Source: Candidatus Pacearchaeota archaeon (lineage in GTDB: Archaea > Nanobdellota > Nanobdellia > Pacearchaeales > GW2011-AR1). Taken from it: DNA of 64,000 bases. A model generated the notes under the pieces. That model was not told the DNA's origin. It saw only the letters and a program-made list of their open reading frames with translations, and did no database searches. Location: assembly GCA_017609915.1 (NCBI GenBank), contig JAFCDA010000001.1, positions 5,033-69,032 of the forward strand, read 5' to 3'. The translations under genes and the position numbers were made by a program. How positions within the stretch are numbered: position 1 is the stretch's first letter; each line of letters begins with the position of its first letter. Positions 1 to 9,413 of this stretch are shown here, one piece after another.

Positions 1-2
1 TT

Positions 3-557
3 CAGGGGACTAGAAATCTAATTAATGCATGTGAAAAAAATAAAGTTAAAAAAATAATTTTTATGAGTTCATTAGATATTAAATTTAATACACCTTATGG
101 AAAATCTAAATTAAAAGCAGAAGAGATTATTAAAAACTCTAAATTAAAATATGTATTTTTAAGGCCTACTGCAATATATGGTGAAGGATTTAAAACAGGA
201 GTAAACTCTCTTGTTAAACTTGTAAAAAAAACACCTGTTTTTCCAATACCTGGTTCTGGAAAAAATCTATATCAACCACTTTATGTTAAAGATCTGATTT
301 TATTAATAAAACAAATTCTTGATAAAAATAAATTTAATAATAAAGTTTATTTTTTAGGTGGAAGTAAGATTATGAATTTAAATCAATTAGTAAATTTGAT
401 AAGTTTTAATCTTGGAAAGAAAACAATTAAAATTCATTTGCCAATTAAATCTAAAAACTTTAAATTTAATAAGATCTGCAGTAATGATAAGATCAAAAAA
501 GATTTTGATTTTGATCCTCTTCCGATAACAAAGGGGGTTCAGAAGATATTATGCTAG
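3..557 (+). CDS. NAD-dependent epimerase/dehydratase (extended SDR) family protein, C-terminal part; 5' end outside window
   Basis: Frame of the 63..557 ORF stays open back to nt 3 (QGTRNLINACEKNKVKKIIFMSS). PYGKSK is the SDR catalytic YxxxK. Lies at the edge of the sugar island. Confidence 0.7.
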   Translation, partial: QGTRNLINACEKNKVKKIIFMSSLDIKFNTPYGKSKLKAEEIIKNSKLKYVFLRPTAIYGEGFKTGVNSLVKLVKKTPVFPIPGSGKNLYQPLYVKDLILLIKQILDKNKFNNKVYFLGGSKIMNLNQLVNLISFNLGKKTIKIHLPIKSKNFKFNKICSNDKIKKDFDFDPLPITKGVQKILC

Positions 558-2100
558 AATAATCTGATCTATCAAACCTATAAATTATCAAACTTGGTTG
601 AGAGTTTTGTGCATCTACAAAATAAATCTTAAGAGGGTTTAAATTATTTTCTTGAGGATAAGTATAAGCCCAATCTTGATGAGGTTCATATATTGAAATC
701 ATTAAAAGAGTTATATTAGGATTAGATGCTACTAATTCTTCAAATTCTTCTTTTGTATTTGGAAGCCTTAGGGCTGTTATTTCACCATAAAATTGAATAT
801 GTGGCCAACTTTTTGTTACTATTACATCTTCTGGTTGAGAATTCTCTTTTATCCATAATCCTGCTTGTTTTACTTGCAAATAAGAATCTTTCTTTAATTT
901 AATTAAATTATCTGCGTCTTGTAATTGTAAATACCCAACTGTGCCTAAAAGAACTATTAAAAACAAAACTGCTATGAATTTGCCTTTTTTCCTTATGATC
1001 TCATATAAACTTATTATAAAAGCCCCAGCCATAGCAAAAACTACTGGAAAAATATTTATGATATATCTATCTTCGTTAAAAGCAACTGAAAAACTAACCA
1101 CAAGAATTGGTATTATTATTAATAAAATTAAAAATAAATCTTTTTTTAATTTAAAATCCTTTCCTTTAATTAACATATCAACCCCTATAAATATCTTATA
1201 TAAGGAGAATAATCCTAAGATAAAAAATATTAAAAGAGGCCATGAAAGAAGGGTTGGAAACATATGGATATAAGCCTTAAGATTAGTATATCCATTTGAA
1301 AAATATTCTCCTTCTGCAGGCGCATTCCATCCTCCTGCCTGAGTTATTACAAATCCTCCAAACTCAAAATAACCCCAAATAAGATATGGTGAAAGAATCA
1401 ATGCAAAGATTAATGCAGCTATCCATAATTCCTTTTTCTTAATAAATCTTAATCTTTCTGTTATTAAAAGATAAATTAAAAGAGAAAATAAGATTGTTGC
1501 TGTTGGTAATTTAAATAAGGTTCCGATTGCAACCATTACTGCTGCCCAGTATAATGATTTAACTGAGCCATCTTTAATATACTTATAAAGAAAAAAAGCA
1601 GAAAAAGTATAAAATGCTAAGGAAGGCACTTCAACTAAAAGTCTAAAACTGTAAAAAATATTAAGGTAAAAAACAGACATTAAAAATGTAGCTACTAAAG
1701 CTGCTTTTTTGTTATACAATTCTTTTGTAAAATAATATATTCCAAAAACAGAAGCCATTGATATAATCAACAAGAATAATCTTGGTAAAAACTCATTATA
1801 AGCTAATCTTAAAAATAATGACATGATAAAAGGAAAAAAAGCAGGCCTTACTACAAGAAATTCATATTCTAAGCCTAATGCCCAGGCTCTTGCCATACTC
1901 ATATATTCTGCCCCATCCCACCATAAAGGCTGGTTTTGGGTCATTAGAAAATAATATAAACGAATTATAAGAGCAAAGGCAATGATTAATGTAAAAATCA
2001 AATTGTGTGGTTTTTTTATCCAGTTAATTATTTTATCTGTTCTTTTTTCTATTGTTTTTTCTACATCTCCTACATCTTTTAAAAGTTCTTGTGCATCCAT
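493..2100 (-). CDS. GT-C fold membrane glycosyltransferase (PMT/ArnT-like, GT39/GT83-type)
   Basis: 535 aa with many TM helices by eye. Acidic first loop WWDGAEY as in PMT/ArnT-type enzymes, plus a C-terminal soluble domain. Call rests on architecture only. Confidence 0.55.
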   Translation of the reverse strand: MDAQELLKDVGDVEKTIEKRTDKIINWIKKPHNLIFTLIIAFALIIRLYYFLMTQNQPLWWDGAEYMSMARAWALGLEYEFLVVRPAFFPFIMSLFLRLAYNEFLPRLFLLIISMASVFGIYYFTKELYNKKAALVATFLMSVFYLNIFYSFRLLVEVPSLAFYTFSAFFLYKYIKDGSVKSLYWAAVMVAIGTLFKLPTATILFSLLIYLLITERLRFIKKKELWIAALIFALILSPYLIWGYFEFGGFVITQAGGWNAPAEGEYFSNGYTNLKAYIHMFPTLLSWPLLIFFILGLFSLYKIFIGVDMLIKGKDFKLKKDLFLILLIIIPILVVSFSVAFNEDRYIINIFPVVFAMAGAFIISLYEIIRKKGKFIAVLFLIVLLGTVGYLQLQDADNLIKLKKDSYLQVKQAGLWIKENSQPEDVIVTKSWPHIQFYGEITALRLPNTKEEFEELVASNPNITLLMISIYEPHQDWAYTYPQENNLNPLKIYFVDAQNSQPSLIIYRFDRSDYSSIISSEPPLLSEEDQNQNLF

Positions 2101-2156
2101 TTTTTTATTTTATTCTTTTTCTATTATCTCTATAAACATTTAAGTTTAATTATCTA

Positions 2157-2237
2157 GCAAGGGCACATCCCTTCCGTAACCCTATCTTTAAGCTTATCTT
2201 CTCAGCTGAGCATCTCTCCCTATGCTTATAAGATATT
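2157..2237. repeat. ~80-nt intergenic element, copy 1 (second copy 34171..34244)
   Basis: gcaagggcacatcccttccgtaaccc...tcttctcagctgag...ctatgcttataagatatt. About 88% identical, with small indels, to 34171..34244. Contains the hairpin AAGGG-CACAT-CCCTT. Confidence 0.8.
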
Positions 2238-2289
2238 GATATTCTTTTTATCTCTTAAATGAGATTCCTTTCTATTTAAAAATTATTGT

Positions 2290-2601
2290 TTAACTAAGTA
2301 AACTAAAAATTCCTTTTTGAACTAAGAAAAGAGTCACTATAATCACCATAAATCTTGGCATTATCATCATTGTACTTAAAATAATAACTCCTGCTGAAAG
2401 AATATCTAAAACACTTGTTATATTTATTTTAATTGAAAAAATAAGTCCTTTTACTAATAAGAACAAACCTAAAAATAAAATAAATTTGTCAGAAATTATA
2501 TTAAAAATACCAAATATCCAAAAACATATTGCAATAAAAATATCCATTACTCCTAATATTTTAATTATCATCTTTATTAAGAGCCTCCAAAACCTGTTCA
2601 A
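2290..2601 (-). CDS. small membrane protein (3 TM), function unknown
   Basis: Hydrophobic 103-aa ORF. Start uncertain: the internal Met at 2547 would remove the 41-nt overlap with the upstream GT9 gene. Confidence 0.4.
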   Translation of the reverse strand: MNRFWRLLIKMIIKILGVMDIFIAICFWIFGIFNIISDKFILFLGLFLLVKGLIFSIKINITSVLDILSAGVIILSTMMIMPRFMVIIVTLFLVQKGIFSLLS

Positions 2602-3676
2602 TAGAAATACTTTCTTCTAACTCAGGGACATATTGATTAATAAGAAAATATTTTTCTAATAAAGGAGAAGTTAATTTTTTAAGATTATCATAATCTTCTA
2701 TTTCCCAATCAGGAGTTGAAAAAAACAAAGAAATTATTTTTTTATTTAATGCTGAAGCAAGATGTAGTGCCATTGTGTCTCCACATATAATTGTATCACA
2801 AATATTTACAACAGAAGCAAATTCTCTTAAAGAATTATTTGGGTCATTACTCATTAAAGAAATTCCTTGTTCTTTCATTTCTTTTATTAAATTTTCTTGT
2901 TTTTCAATTTCATTTGGACCTGCTAAAATAATTATCTTATTTCCTTGCAATCTTCTTATTAATTGTTTTATTTTTTCATTATTCCAAAATTTAACCCATC
3001 TATCTGAAGAACCTATATTTATCCCAATTATTTTATCATTATCAGAAAGATTATTTTGTAGTTTAAATTTTTCTGAAAACTCAATCTCTTTATTAGTTAA
3101 ATTAAAAACAGGTCTTTCTTTAGAATAATAAGATTCTAATTCACAAGCTTCTATAGTAAGTTGCTGATAAGTTTTTCTATTCTTTATCTTAACATGATTT
3201 AAAAAAGCTGTTTCTAAATAAGGTTCTGCAAATTCATTAAAATATGAGGTTGTTCCATTATCAAAAAAATAACCTAACTTTTCATTTGCTTTTACTAAAT
3301 TTGCCAATAATGTTGCAGGAGTGTCTATTTCTAGGGCAAATAAAATATCAAATTCTTCTTGTTGAATCCTTAAAATATTTTCAGGGTTATATGCAAGAAC
3401 TTTATCTACTAAAGGATTATTTTTAAGTAAATCAACAGATTCTGGATTAGTCATCCAATAAACTAAAATATCTGGCCCATATTTTTTCTTTAGAGCTGGT
3501 AAAATGCATGTTGTTCTTAAAACATCTCCCATTTCTCCAAGTTTTATAATCAAGATTTTTTTTGAGTATTCTTGTGCAAATTTGCATTCTTCACAAGACT
3601 TGTAATTTTCAGTAGATAATGTATCACAAGCATATTTTTCATTGAAAAACCTGCATTTTTTATTCCATTTTATCAT
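2561..3676 (-). CDS. glycosyltransferase family 9 (heptosyltransferase-like) with Cys-rich N-terminus
   Basis: ILIIKLGEMGDVLRTTCILPALKKKYG and C-terminal ICGDTMALHLASAL are GT9 hallmarks. There is an extra N-terminal CRFF..C..CEEC. Confidence 0.75.
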   Translation of the reverse strand: MIKWNKKCRFFNEKYACDTLSTENYKSCEECKFAQEYSKKILIIKLGEMGDVLRTTCILPALKKKYGPDILVYWMTNPESVDLLKNNPLVDKVLAYNPENILRIQQEEFDILFALEIDTPATLLANLVKANEKLGYFFDNGTTSYFNEFAEPYLETAFLNHVKIKNRKTYQQLTIEACELESYYSKERPVFNLTNKEIEFSEKFKLQNNLSDNDKIIGINIGSSDRWVKFWNNEKIKQLIRRLQGNKIIILAGPNEIEKQENLIKEMKEQGISLMSNDPNNSLREFASVVNICDTIICGDTMALHLASALNKKIISLFFSTPDWEIEDYDNLKKLTSPLLEKYFLINQYVPELEESISIEQVLEALNKDDN

Positions 3677-4080
3677 TTTAATTTTTCTAATTCTATTTTT
3701 AACTTTTCAATTGAGTCTATGATATGAACTTTTCCAACTATTATCACACTAATATCACTAATAGATTCTTTAATATCTCTATCTGTTTTTAATCCAATTA
3801 CTTTTTTTCCTATAGCTTGTGCATAACCCATTTCCCAAGCAGTTCCTGCTCCAACATAAATTCCATTTAAAACTCCAACCATAATCTCACATTTATTTAT
3901 CTCTTCTAAATCTCTTTCAGAAATTTCTTTAATTTTGTTTAAATCTCCATCATATAATCCAGCATCTCTATGAGGTAAAAATGTTTCAAAACCTAAATCT
4001 TTACAGATTTTATCTATTTGCTCTAAAAAATTTCTGTTTTTTTGTTCACACAAAGGGCCTGCAATATAAATCTTCACCAT
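3673..4080 (-). CDS. nucleoside 2-deoxyribosyltransferase-like protein
   Basis: IYIAGPL ... GAGTAWEMGYAQAIGKKVIGL signature. 4-nt overlap with the GT9 gene suggests one operon. Confidence 0.6.
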   Translation of the reverse strand: MVKIYIAGPLCEQKNRNFLEQIDKICKDLGFETFLPHRDAGLYDGDLNKIKEISERDLEEINKCEIMVGVLNGIYVGAGTAWEMGYAQAIGKKVIGLKTDRDIKESISDISVIIVGKVHIIDSIEKLKIELEKLK

Positions 4081-4133
4081 AATTTTAAATAATTTAGGGC
4101 TTCTTAAAGATTATTAAGGTTGGATAGGGTATC

Positions 4134-5054
4134 TTAATCCAAACTCCTAGTGCTCTTTGTTTCTTGTTTTCTCCAACCATCTACATATTTTTGTTTTTTG
4201 AACTTTAGCTCATAAAAAGCTCTTAAATAAATGTAAAATCTTGTTGAAAAAAGAGGTATTGTGAAAAAAACTTCTCGAAGGTTTTTTGGGTAAGTTAAAG
4301 CAAAAATAGCTCCTTGTTTTATTTCATTGAAAAAAGATTTGGTTCTTGGCATATCTGGAGCAATTTTATTCAAACTTTCATGTCCTTTTATGTTTCTTAT
4401 TTTTTGTATTTTAAAATCTTTCCAGTTTTGAGGATTTATAACATAAACTTCTACTTTTGGTAAATATTTTATTTTATATCCTTGCTTATGAAATAAATAA
4501 GAAATAACACCATCTTCAGAAGATTCTAAAGGGAATCCTTGTAAAACTCCGTTTCTAATCGCAAATAAATAACCTGAACATTCAAAAAACTTTTTCTGAT
4601 TTGAAAATCTTAATCTTGTTTTATGAATCCCATCAAAGGCTACATGAGAAGCATAGCCCCAAAACTTTTCTCTAGGATTTAATAAAACAGGTCTTCCAGT
4701 TATACATCCAACTTCTTTGTCTTTAAATGCTTTCATGATTTCATTTACTGTGTTTTGTGAAACATAAACATCTCCATCAGTAAGGATGATAATGTCATCT
4801 TTGTTCTGAGAATAAATTCTTTCTAAGAAAATGTTTAAAGCATAACTTTTACCTTCTCCTGGATCTAAGAAAAAGTCTATTTTGTTTTTCTTAAACTCTT
4901 TTTTATACTTTTTATTTAGAAATTCCTCTGTTTTTAGAAAAGGGTCTATTATTGTTATTTTAAATTCTTGCTTAATATTTTGATTAAGAAAACAATCAAT
5001 TGCCCTTGAAGTTGCTTTTGGTTCTCCATAAGAGGTTATAATTATGTTAATCAT
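4134..5054 (-). CDS. glycosyltransferase family 2
   Basis: GT-A pattern: IIITSYGEPK at the N-terminus and the TDGDVYV acidic motif. 306 aa. Confidence 0.65.
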   Translation of the reverse strand: MINIIITSYGEPKATSRAIDCFLNQNIKQEFKITIIDPFLKTEEFLNKKYKKEFKKNKIDFFLDPGEGKSYALNIFLERIYSQNKDDIIILTDGDVYVSQNTVNEIMKAFKDKEVGCITGRPVLLNPREKFWGYASHVAFDGIHKTRLRFSNQKKFFECSGYLFAIRNGVLQGFPLESSEDGVISYLFHKQGYKIKYLPKVEVYVINPQNWKDFKIQKIRNIKGHESLNKIAPDMPRTKSFFNEIKQGAIFALTYPKNLREVFFTIPLFSTRFYIYLRAFYELKFKKQKYVDGWRKQETKSTRSLD

Positions 5055-5254
5055 TCTGTTTCAATCATATCTTCTGCTAATCTTATAACAACCACTGGCT
5101 TGTTATCTTTTAGAGATTCTGCTTCTATTCTACATTTAACTCTTCCTTGTTTAATTCCTTTTCCAGAAGTCTCTATTTTTTTAACAACTGCTTTATCTCC
5201 ATAAACAAGAATTATATCACCTTGTTTTATTTCTGAAGCTTTTTTCTGTGCCAT
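5051..5254 (-). CDS. aIF5A N-terminal (SH3-like) domain-only protein
   Basis: IKQGDIILVYGDKAVVKKIETSGKGIKQGRVKCRIEA aligns by eye with the archaeal aIF5A region KVGxYVxIDGxPCxIVDISxSKPGKHGxAKARV. Only 67 aa, with no C-terminal OB domain. Confidence 0.45.
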   Translation of the reverse strand: MAQKKASEIKQGDIILVYGDKAVVKKIETSGKGIKQGRVKCRIEAESLKDNKPVVVIRLAEDMIETE

Positions 5255-5344
5255 ACAAAAATACTACAAGCTCATTATATAAAGTTTTTTATACTCCCAA
5301 CCCTTTAAAAAAGGCTTGACCTAAATTTTAAAATCATAGAAAAT

Positions 5345-6037
5345 ATGGCTAATGCAATCATATTATGTTCTGGTGGATTAGATAGTGTTGTTTTAGCACA
5401 TTATTTGAAGAAGGTTCAAAAAATTGAAAAAATTAGGTTGGTTTTCTTAGATTATAATCAAAAAGCTTTAGAAGAGGAAAAATTTTGTGTTGAGAAATTA
5501 GCTAAAGATTTGGATGCTGATTTAAAAATTATTAATGTTAAATGGCTTGGAGAAATTAGTACTTCTTTGATTAATAAAGATGCTGATAAAAATGAAATTG
5601 ATTCTGAAGAATTAATTTCATGGTATGTTCCTTGTAGGAATTCCTTGTTTTTATTAATAGGATTATCATTAGCAGAATCTGAATTTATTTCTAAAAATGA
5701 AAAATATGATGTTTATCTTGGAATAAAATATGAAGGAGAACTTCAATTTAAAGATACTACTCCTGAATTTCTTGAACAAATGAATAAAATAACCAATTTT
5801 TCAACTCAAACAGGAGATTATAAGTTTATTGCTCCTTTTTTAAACAAAGATAAAGAAAAGGTTATTGAATTAGGTTTGGAGTTAGGAGTTGATTTAAAGA
5901 ACACTTATAGTTGTTATATTGGAAAAGGTTTTGAAAATGAGGTTCCTGTTCATTGTGGAGTTTGTAGTGCTTGTAAATCAAGAAAAAAAGCTTTTAAGTT
6001 TTCAAATAATAATGATGTTAGTGTTTATGGGTGTTAA
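5345..6037 (+). CDS. queC: 7-cyano-7-deazaguanine synthase QueC
   Basis: PP-loop ILCSGGLDS and C-terminal zinc site CGVCSACKSRKKAF. 230 aa. Confidence 0.85.
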   Translation: MANAIILCSGGLDSVVLAHYLKKVQKIEKIRLVFLDYNQKALEEEKFCVEKLAKDLDADLKIINVKWLGEISTSLINKDADKNEIDSEELISWYVPCRNSLFLLIGLSLAESEFISKNEKYDVYLGIKYEGELQFKDTTPEFLEQMNKITNFSTQTGDYKFIAPFLNKDKEKVIELGLELGVDLKNTYSCYIGKGFENEVPVHCGVCSACKSRKKAFKFSNNNDVSVYGC

Positions 6038-6462
6038 ACAAGATCTAAGTCACCATATACACGTAAAGACCCTGGCCCCTCATTAAGAGGGTCATATTTA
6101 TTTACATGTTCTATTAAACGTCTCTTAATCTCATATAATTTTTTTATAGGAATATTTGCCCCTATTATCTGTTTAGAATCTATTAGCTGTATTGATGGTA
6201 TTGGTTTTTCTTGATAATATCTCACATACATATTTACATCATCCATTAATCCACTAATTTCTCTTTTTAAACTATTTGTTTTAATTGCTTCATCCCAATC
6301 TTTATTATATTCACATACTTGATTAGTTTTATTTTCTCTAGAATTTTCTGAAGATTTTCCAAAAATAGTAGATGAAGTAATACCTAAGGTAGCTCCTACA
6401 AGTCCTGTTCCTTTCATAAAACTTCTTCTTGTTATATTTTGTGGTTTTTTCATATTTATCAA
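6034..6462 (-). CDS. secreted protein with twin-arginine-like signal, function unknown
   Basis: N-terminus TRRSFMKGTGLVGATLG resembles a Tat signal. Its stop codon overlaps the queC stop (convergent). Confidence 0.5.
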   Translation of the reverse strand: MINMKKPQNITRRSFMKGTGLVGATLGITSSTIFGKSSENSRENKTNQVCEYNKDWDEAIKTNSLKREISGLMDDVNMYVRYYQEKPIPSIQLIDSKQIIGANIPIKKLYEIKRRLIEHVNKYDPLNEGPGSLRVYGDLDLV

Positions 6463-6492
6463 TGATATATTGGGTTTTTAAGGTTTATTGTT

Positions 6493-8037
6493 TTAAACCC
6501 TATACCTAACTTTATCATACCAGACTTTAAAATCTAAAGGAAGGCTTCTATAAGTTGGTTTTAATATTCTTTCTCTTATTAAATCATAAATACTCACGAA
6601 TTTTAAAATAAATAATGTATTAGAGGGGTTTGTTAGATTTTTTTTAATTCTTTCTGGTTTAAGAAGATGGTTAATCAAAGAATTTGATATTATTCCAAAT
6701 CTTTTTTCTGTTACAACTCCCCTCATTAAATTTAAAATTAAAACTAAATACATGTTTTTTCTTTTTAATAAAATATGCGCTCCTCTGTCCCAATAATTAA
6801 GAGTAACTGCTGAATCTTTTGGAGTTTTTATTATGCCTTCATTTACAGCTCTTTCATGAAGTTTAGATCCATGAAAAAAAACTAAGTTATTAACAGATAA
6901 AAAATAAGGTTTTGGAAGCTTTTGCAATAATCTTATCATATTTATTATATCTTCTGGTTTTTCATAAGGATTGCAAGTTATGACATCATACATAACAGCT
7001 AATTTGTCCTTGTACTTGTTTAAGATTTTTGCTGCATTAATTACTTCTTTATTTGTTTGATTCCTGTGATAAACTTCTTTATTAACTCTTTCTTCTCCTT
7101 GAATTCCCATAATTATATCTGTACACCCTGCATTTACAAGAAGTTTTATTTTTTCATCTGAAACAGTATGGGGATCTGTAAGACATTTAAACCTAAGATT
7201 AACTTTTTCTTTGTATTTTTTTGTGAATTCTCTTATTTGCTCAATAGGTCTTAAAGAAAAAGTGTCATCTCTTATATCAAAATAACTTAAACTTGGAAAT
7301 TTTTCTTTTAATTTTAAAATCCCTTTAATTATATAATCCACACTATGCCATCTTACTATTTTTTTTCTTTTTCCCTTGTAAAGTTCATTTAATAAACTAT
7401 TACTACAATAATCACACCCATAAGGGCATCCTCTTCCTGTTAAGAAAAATATTGCTCCATCTAAATCTTGTTCTCTAAATCTTCTTAATCTATGATTGTC
7501 AAGAATATAATGTGTTTTTGTATCATAATCTGGAAGAGGAATAGAATCTAAATTATCTATTAAAAGTCTTACAGGGTTTTTAATTATCTTTTCCGTTTCT
7601 TTGTTTTTAATCCAAAGATTTTTTATTTTTTTAATTGATTTATTTTTTTCTATTGCATTAACTAAATCAAGAATTGTTTCTTCTCCTTCTCCAACACATA
7701 CAATATTACAATATTTAATACATTCTTTTGGTGAAATTGTTGCATGAATTCCTCCCCAAACAATTGGGATTTTTACACATGTTTTTTCTAAATATTTTAT
7801 TATCTGAATAGCTCTTGGTGCAGTTGAAACAAAAGAACTAATTCCAATTAATTCTGAATCTTTGCAAATTTGATAAAGTTGTCTTAATTCCTGTCTTTTG
7901 TAAAACTTAGAATAATCTTCACTTAGGTTCATAAAAACTAATTTAACATCATGTCCTGCTTTTTTTAAAACAGCAGAAATTGTCCTTATTCCTTGATCTG
8001 AAGGATATGTTGCTGCAGAAATTAAAGTTATTTTCAT
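6493..8037 (-). CDS. B12-binding-domain radical SAM protein (1 of 3)
   Basis: N-terminal Rossmann/B12-like domain (MKITLISAATYP, CVGEGEE). Radical SAM cluster motif CPYGCDYC. 514 aa. Confidence 0.8.
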   Translation of the reverse strand: MKITLISAATYPSDQGIRTISAVLKKAGHDVKLVFMNLSEDYSKFYKRQELRQLYQICKDSELIGISSFVSTAPRAIQIIKYLEKTCVKIPIVWGGIHATISPKECIKYCNIVCVGEGEETILDLVNAIEKNKSIKKIKNLWIKNKETEKIIKNPVRLLIDNLDSIPLPDYDTKTHYILDNHRLRRFREQDLDGAIFFLTGRGCPYGCDYCSNSLLNELYKGKRKKIVRWHSVDYIIKGILKLKEKFPSLSYFDIRDDTFSLRPIEQIREFTKKYKEKVNLRFKCLTDPHTVSDEKIKLLVNAGCTDIIMGIQGEERVNKEVYHRNQTNKEVINAAKILNKYKDKLAVMYDVITCNPYEKPEDIINMIRLLQKLPKPYFLSVNNLVFFHGSKLHERAVNEGIIKTPKDSAVTLNYWDRGAHILLKRKNMYLVLILNLMRGVVTEKRFGIISNSLINHLLKPERIKKNLTNPSNTLFILKFVSIYDLIRERILKPTYRSLPLDFKVWYDKVRYRV

Positions 8038-8146
8038 TTTATATTGTTTATCTGGAATTTGATAAGCTCAATTTAGTTTTGAAGATGATTTGTTTAACTT
8101 AATCTTATCTTCTCCAAAGCTCTAGGTTTAATAAGATATTGATATT

Positions 8147-9307
8147 TCATTTATTGTTTTTATTGTTTATTGAGGATTCATACTCTTCCATATATCTTTT
8201 TGAAATAAGATCCCAAGCATAATCTTTAGATTTTTTAAAATTGTTTTTAGATATTTGTTTTGCTAATTTTGGATTATCTAGAATTTTTAAAATGTTTTTT
8301 TCAAGGTTTTTTATATCTCCATACTTTACTAAAAATCCATTTTCAGGCTCTTTTACCTCATATGGGACACCATTTACAGGAGATGCTACAATAGGTAAAC
8401 CAGAAGCCATTGCTTCAAATAATGTTAAAGGAAGCCCTTCTCTATAACTTGGTAAAACATAAACATCTGCTGCTTGATACATTTCTGCTATTTTTTCTTT
8501 TCCTCTAATTGCTCCAAGATATTTCATATTTTTGTGCGATTTAATTAATCTTTCTACTTCTTGTGCTTTTCCTTCATCTGGACCAACCCAAATAAAAGCT
8601 ATATCTTTTCTTTTTTTAGAAATATTAATTGCTGCTAATGCTAATTTTTCTGCTCCTTTTGTTGGATTTAATCTACCAAAAAATAAAACTAATTTTTTTT
8701 CTTTTATTTTGTGTTGTTTTTTAAAATTATTTTTCTTTACTTTTTTGTAAAGAATTTTATCTGTTCCATTTGGAATAACTTTAATCTTATTTTTGTTTTT
8801 AATATATTTATTAAGAATATCTAATTCCCAAGGAGTTATTGCTATTACTTTGTCAACTAATTTAAAAGATATTTTATTAAAAATTAGATTATTTAAAAAT
8901 AAAAATGGGCGTAAGATTAATGGGCGGAATTCTGCTCCTGTCCATGAACAATGTGTTGTATGTATATGTTTACTTTTGTTTAATTTAGAGAGTATTCCTG
9001 CAAACAAAATATAAGCATGTCCTGATACATGTGTATGGATAATATCAAATTTTCCTTTAAATCTCCAAAGTAAGGAAGGCCAAATAAACGTGCTTAAAGA
9101 TAATCTAAACCAATAAGGAAACCTATGAATATGAACTCCTTGTATAATTTCTTTTTTTAATTTTATTCTTTTGTTTTTATCAGAATCACAACAAAAAACA
9201 TGAACTTCATGCCCTTGTTTAACTTGTCTTTGAGCTAGTTCATACATTACCTGCTCAACACCTCCAAAAGTTGGTAAATAAAACATATTAATGTGAGCTA
9301 TTTTCAT
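8147..9307 (-). CDS. glycosyltransferase family 4 (GT-B)
   Basis: MKIAHINMFYLPTFGGVEQ start and REGLPLTLFEAMASGLPIVAS. I prefer the Met at 9307 over the ORF-track start 9517, which would overlap the divergent gene at 9414. Confidence 0.8.
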   Translation of the reverse strand: MKIAHINMFYLPTFGGVEQVMYELAQRQVKQGHEVHVFCCDSDKNKRIKLKKEIIQGVHIHRFPYWFRLSLSTFIWPSLLWRFKGKFDIIHTHVSGHAYILFAGILSKLNKSKHIHTTHCSWTGAEFRPLILRPFLFLNNLIFNKISFKLVDKVIAITPWELDILNKYIKNKNKIKVIPNGTDKILYKKVKKNNFKKQHKIKEKKLVLFFGRLNPTKGAEKLALAAINISKKRKDIAFIWVGPDEGKAQEVERLIKSHKNMKYLGAIRGKEKIAEMYQAADVYVLPSYREGLPLTLFEAMASGLPIVASPVNGVPYEVKEPENGFLVKYGDIKNLEKNILKILDNPKLAKQISKNNFKKSKDYAWDLISKRYMEEYESSINNKNNK

Positions 9308-9413
9308 GATTTTTTTGAGAAGTTGATTGTTTATAAAGTTATATTGGATATACTTAATAAATTGTTTTTTTGTTCTAGTAACATTTATATAGTTTTCCAA
9401 AGGTATTTTACTT

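Noticed and set aside
493-557. 65-nt convergent overlap of the SDR and GT-C genes as a regulatory antisense feature
   Set aside because: It is probably just late stop codons in an AT-rich genome. There is no independent evidence, so it is noted only here.
941-1273. 110-aa plus-strand ORF inside the GT-C gene
   Set aside because: It is entirely antisense to a long, well-supported membrane-protein ORF. The low-complexity K/I/N-rich translation is typical of AT-rich antisense frames.
2775-3426. Plus-strand ORFs 2775..3128 and 3244..3426
   Set aside because: They are antisense to the GT9 gene, which has clear family motifs. They have no motifs of their own.
6493-8037. B12-radical SAM next to queC as a QueE-like 7-deazaguanine enzyme
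   Set aside because: QueE is a small non-B12 radical SAM. This 514-aa protein has the B12-binding-domain architecture and is separated from queC by a convergent ORF.
8241-9014. Three plus-strand ORFs (68-73 aa) within the GT4 gene
   Set aside because: They are antisense shadows of a confidently identified GT-B glycosyltransferase.
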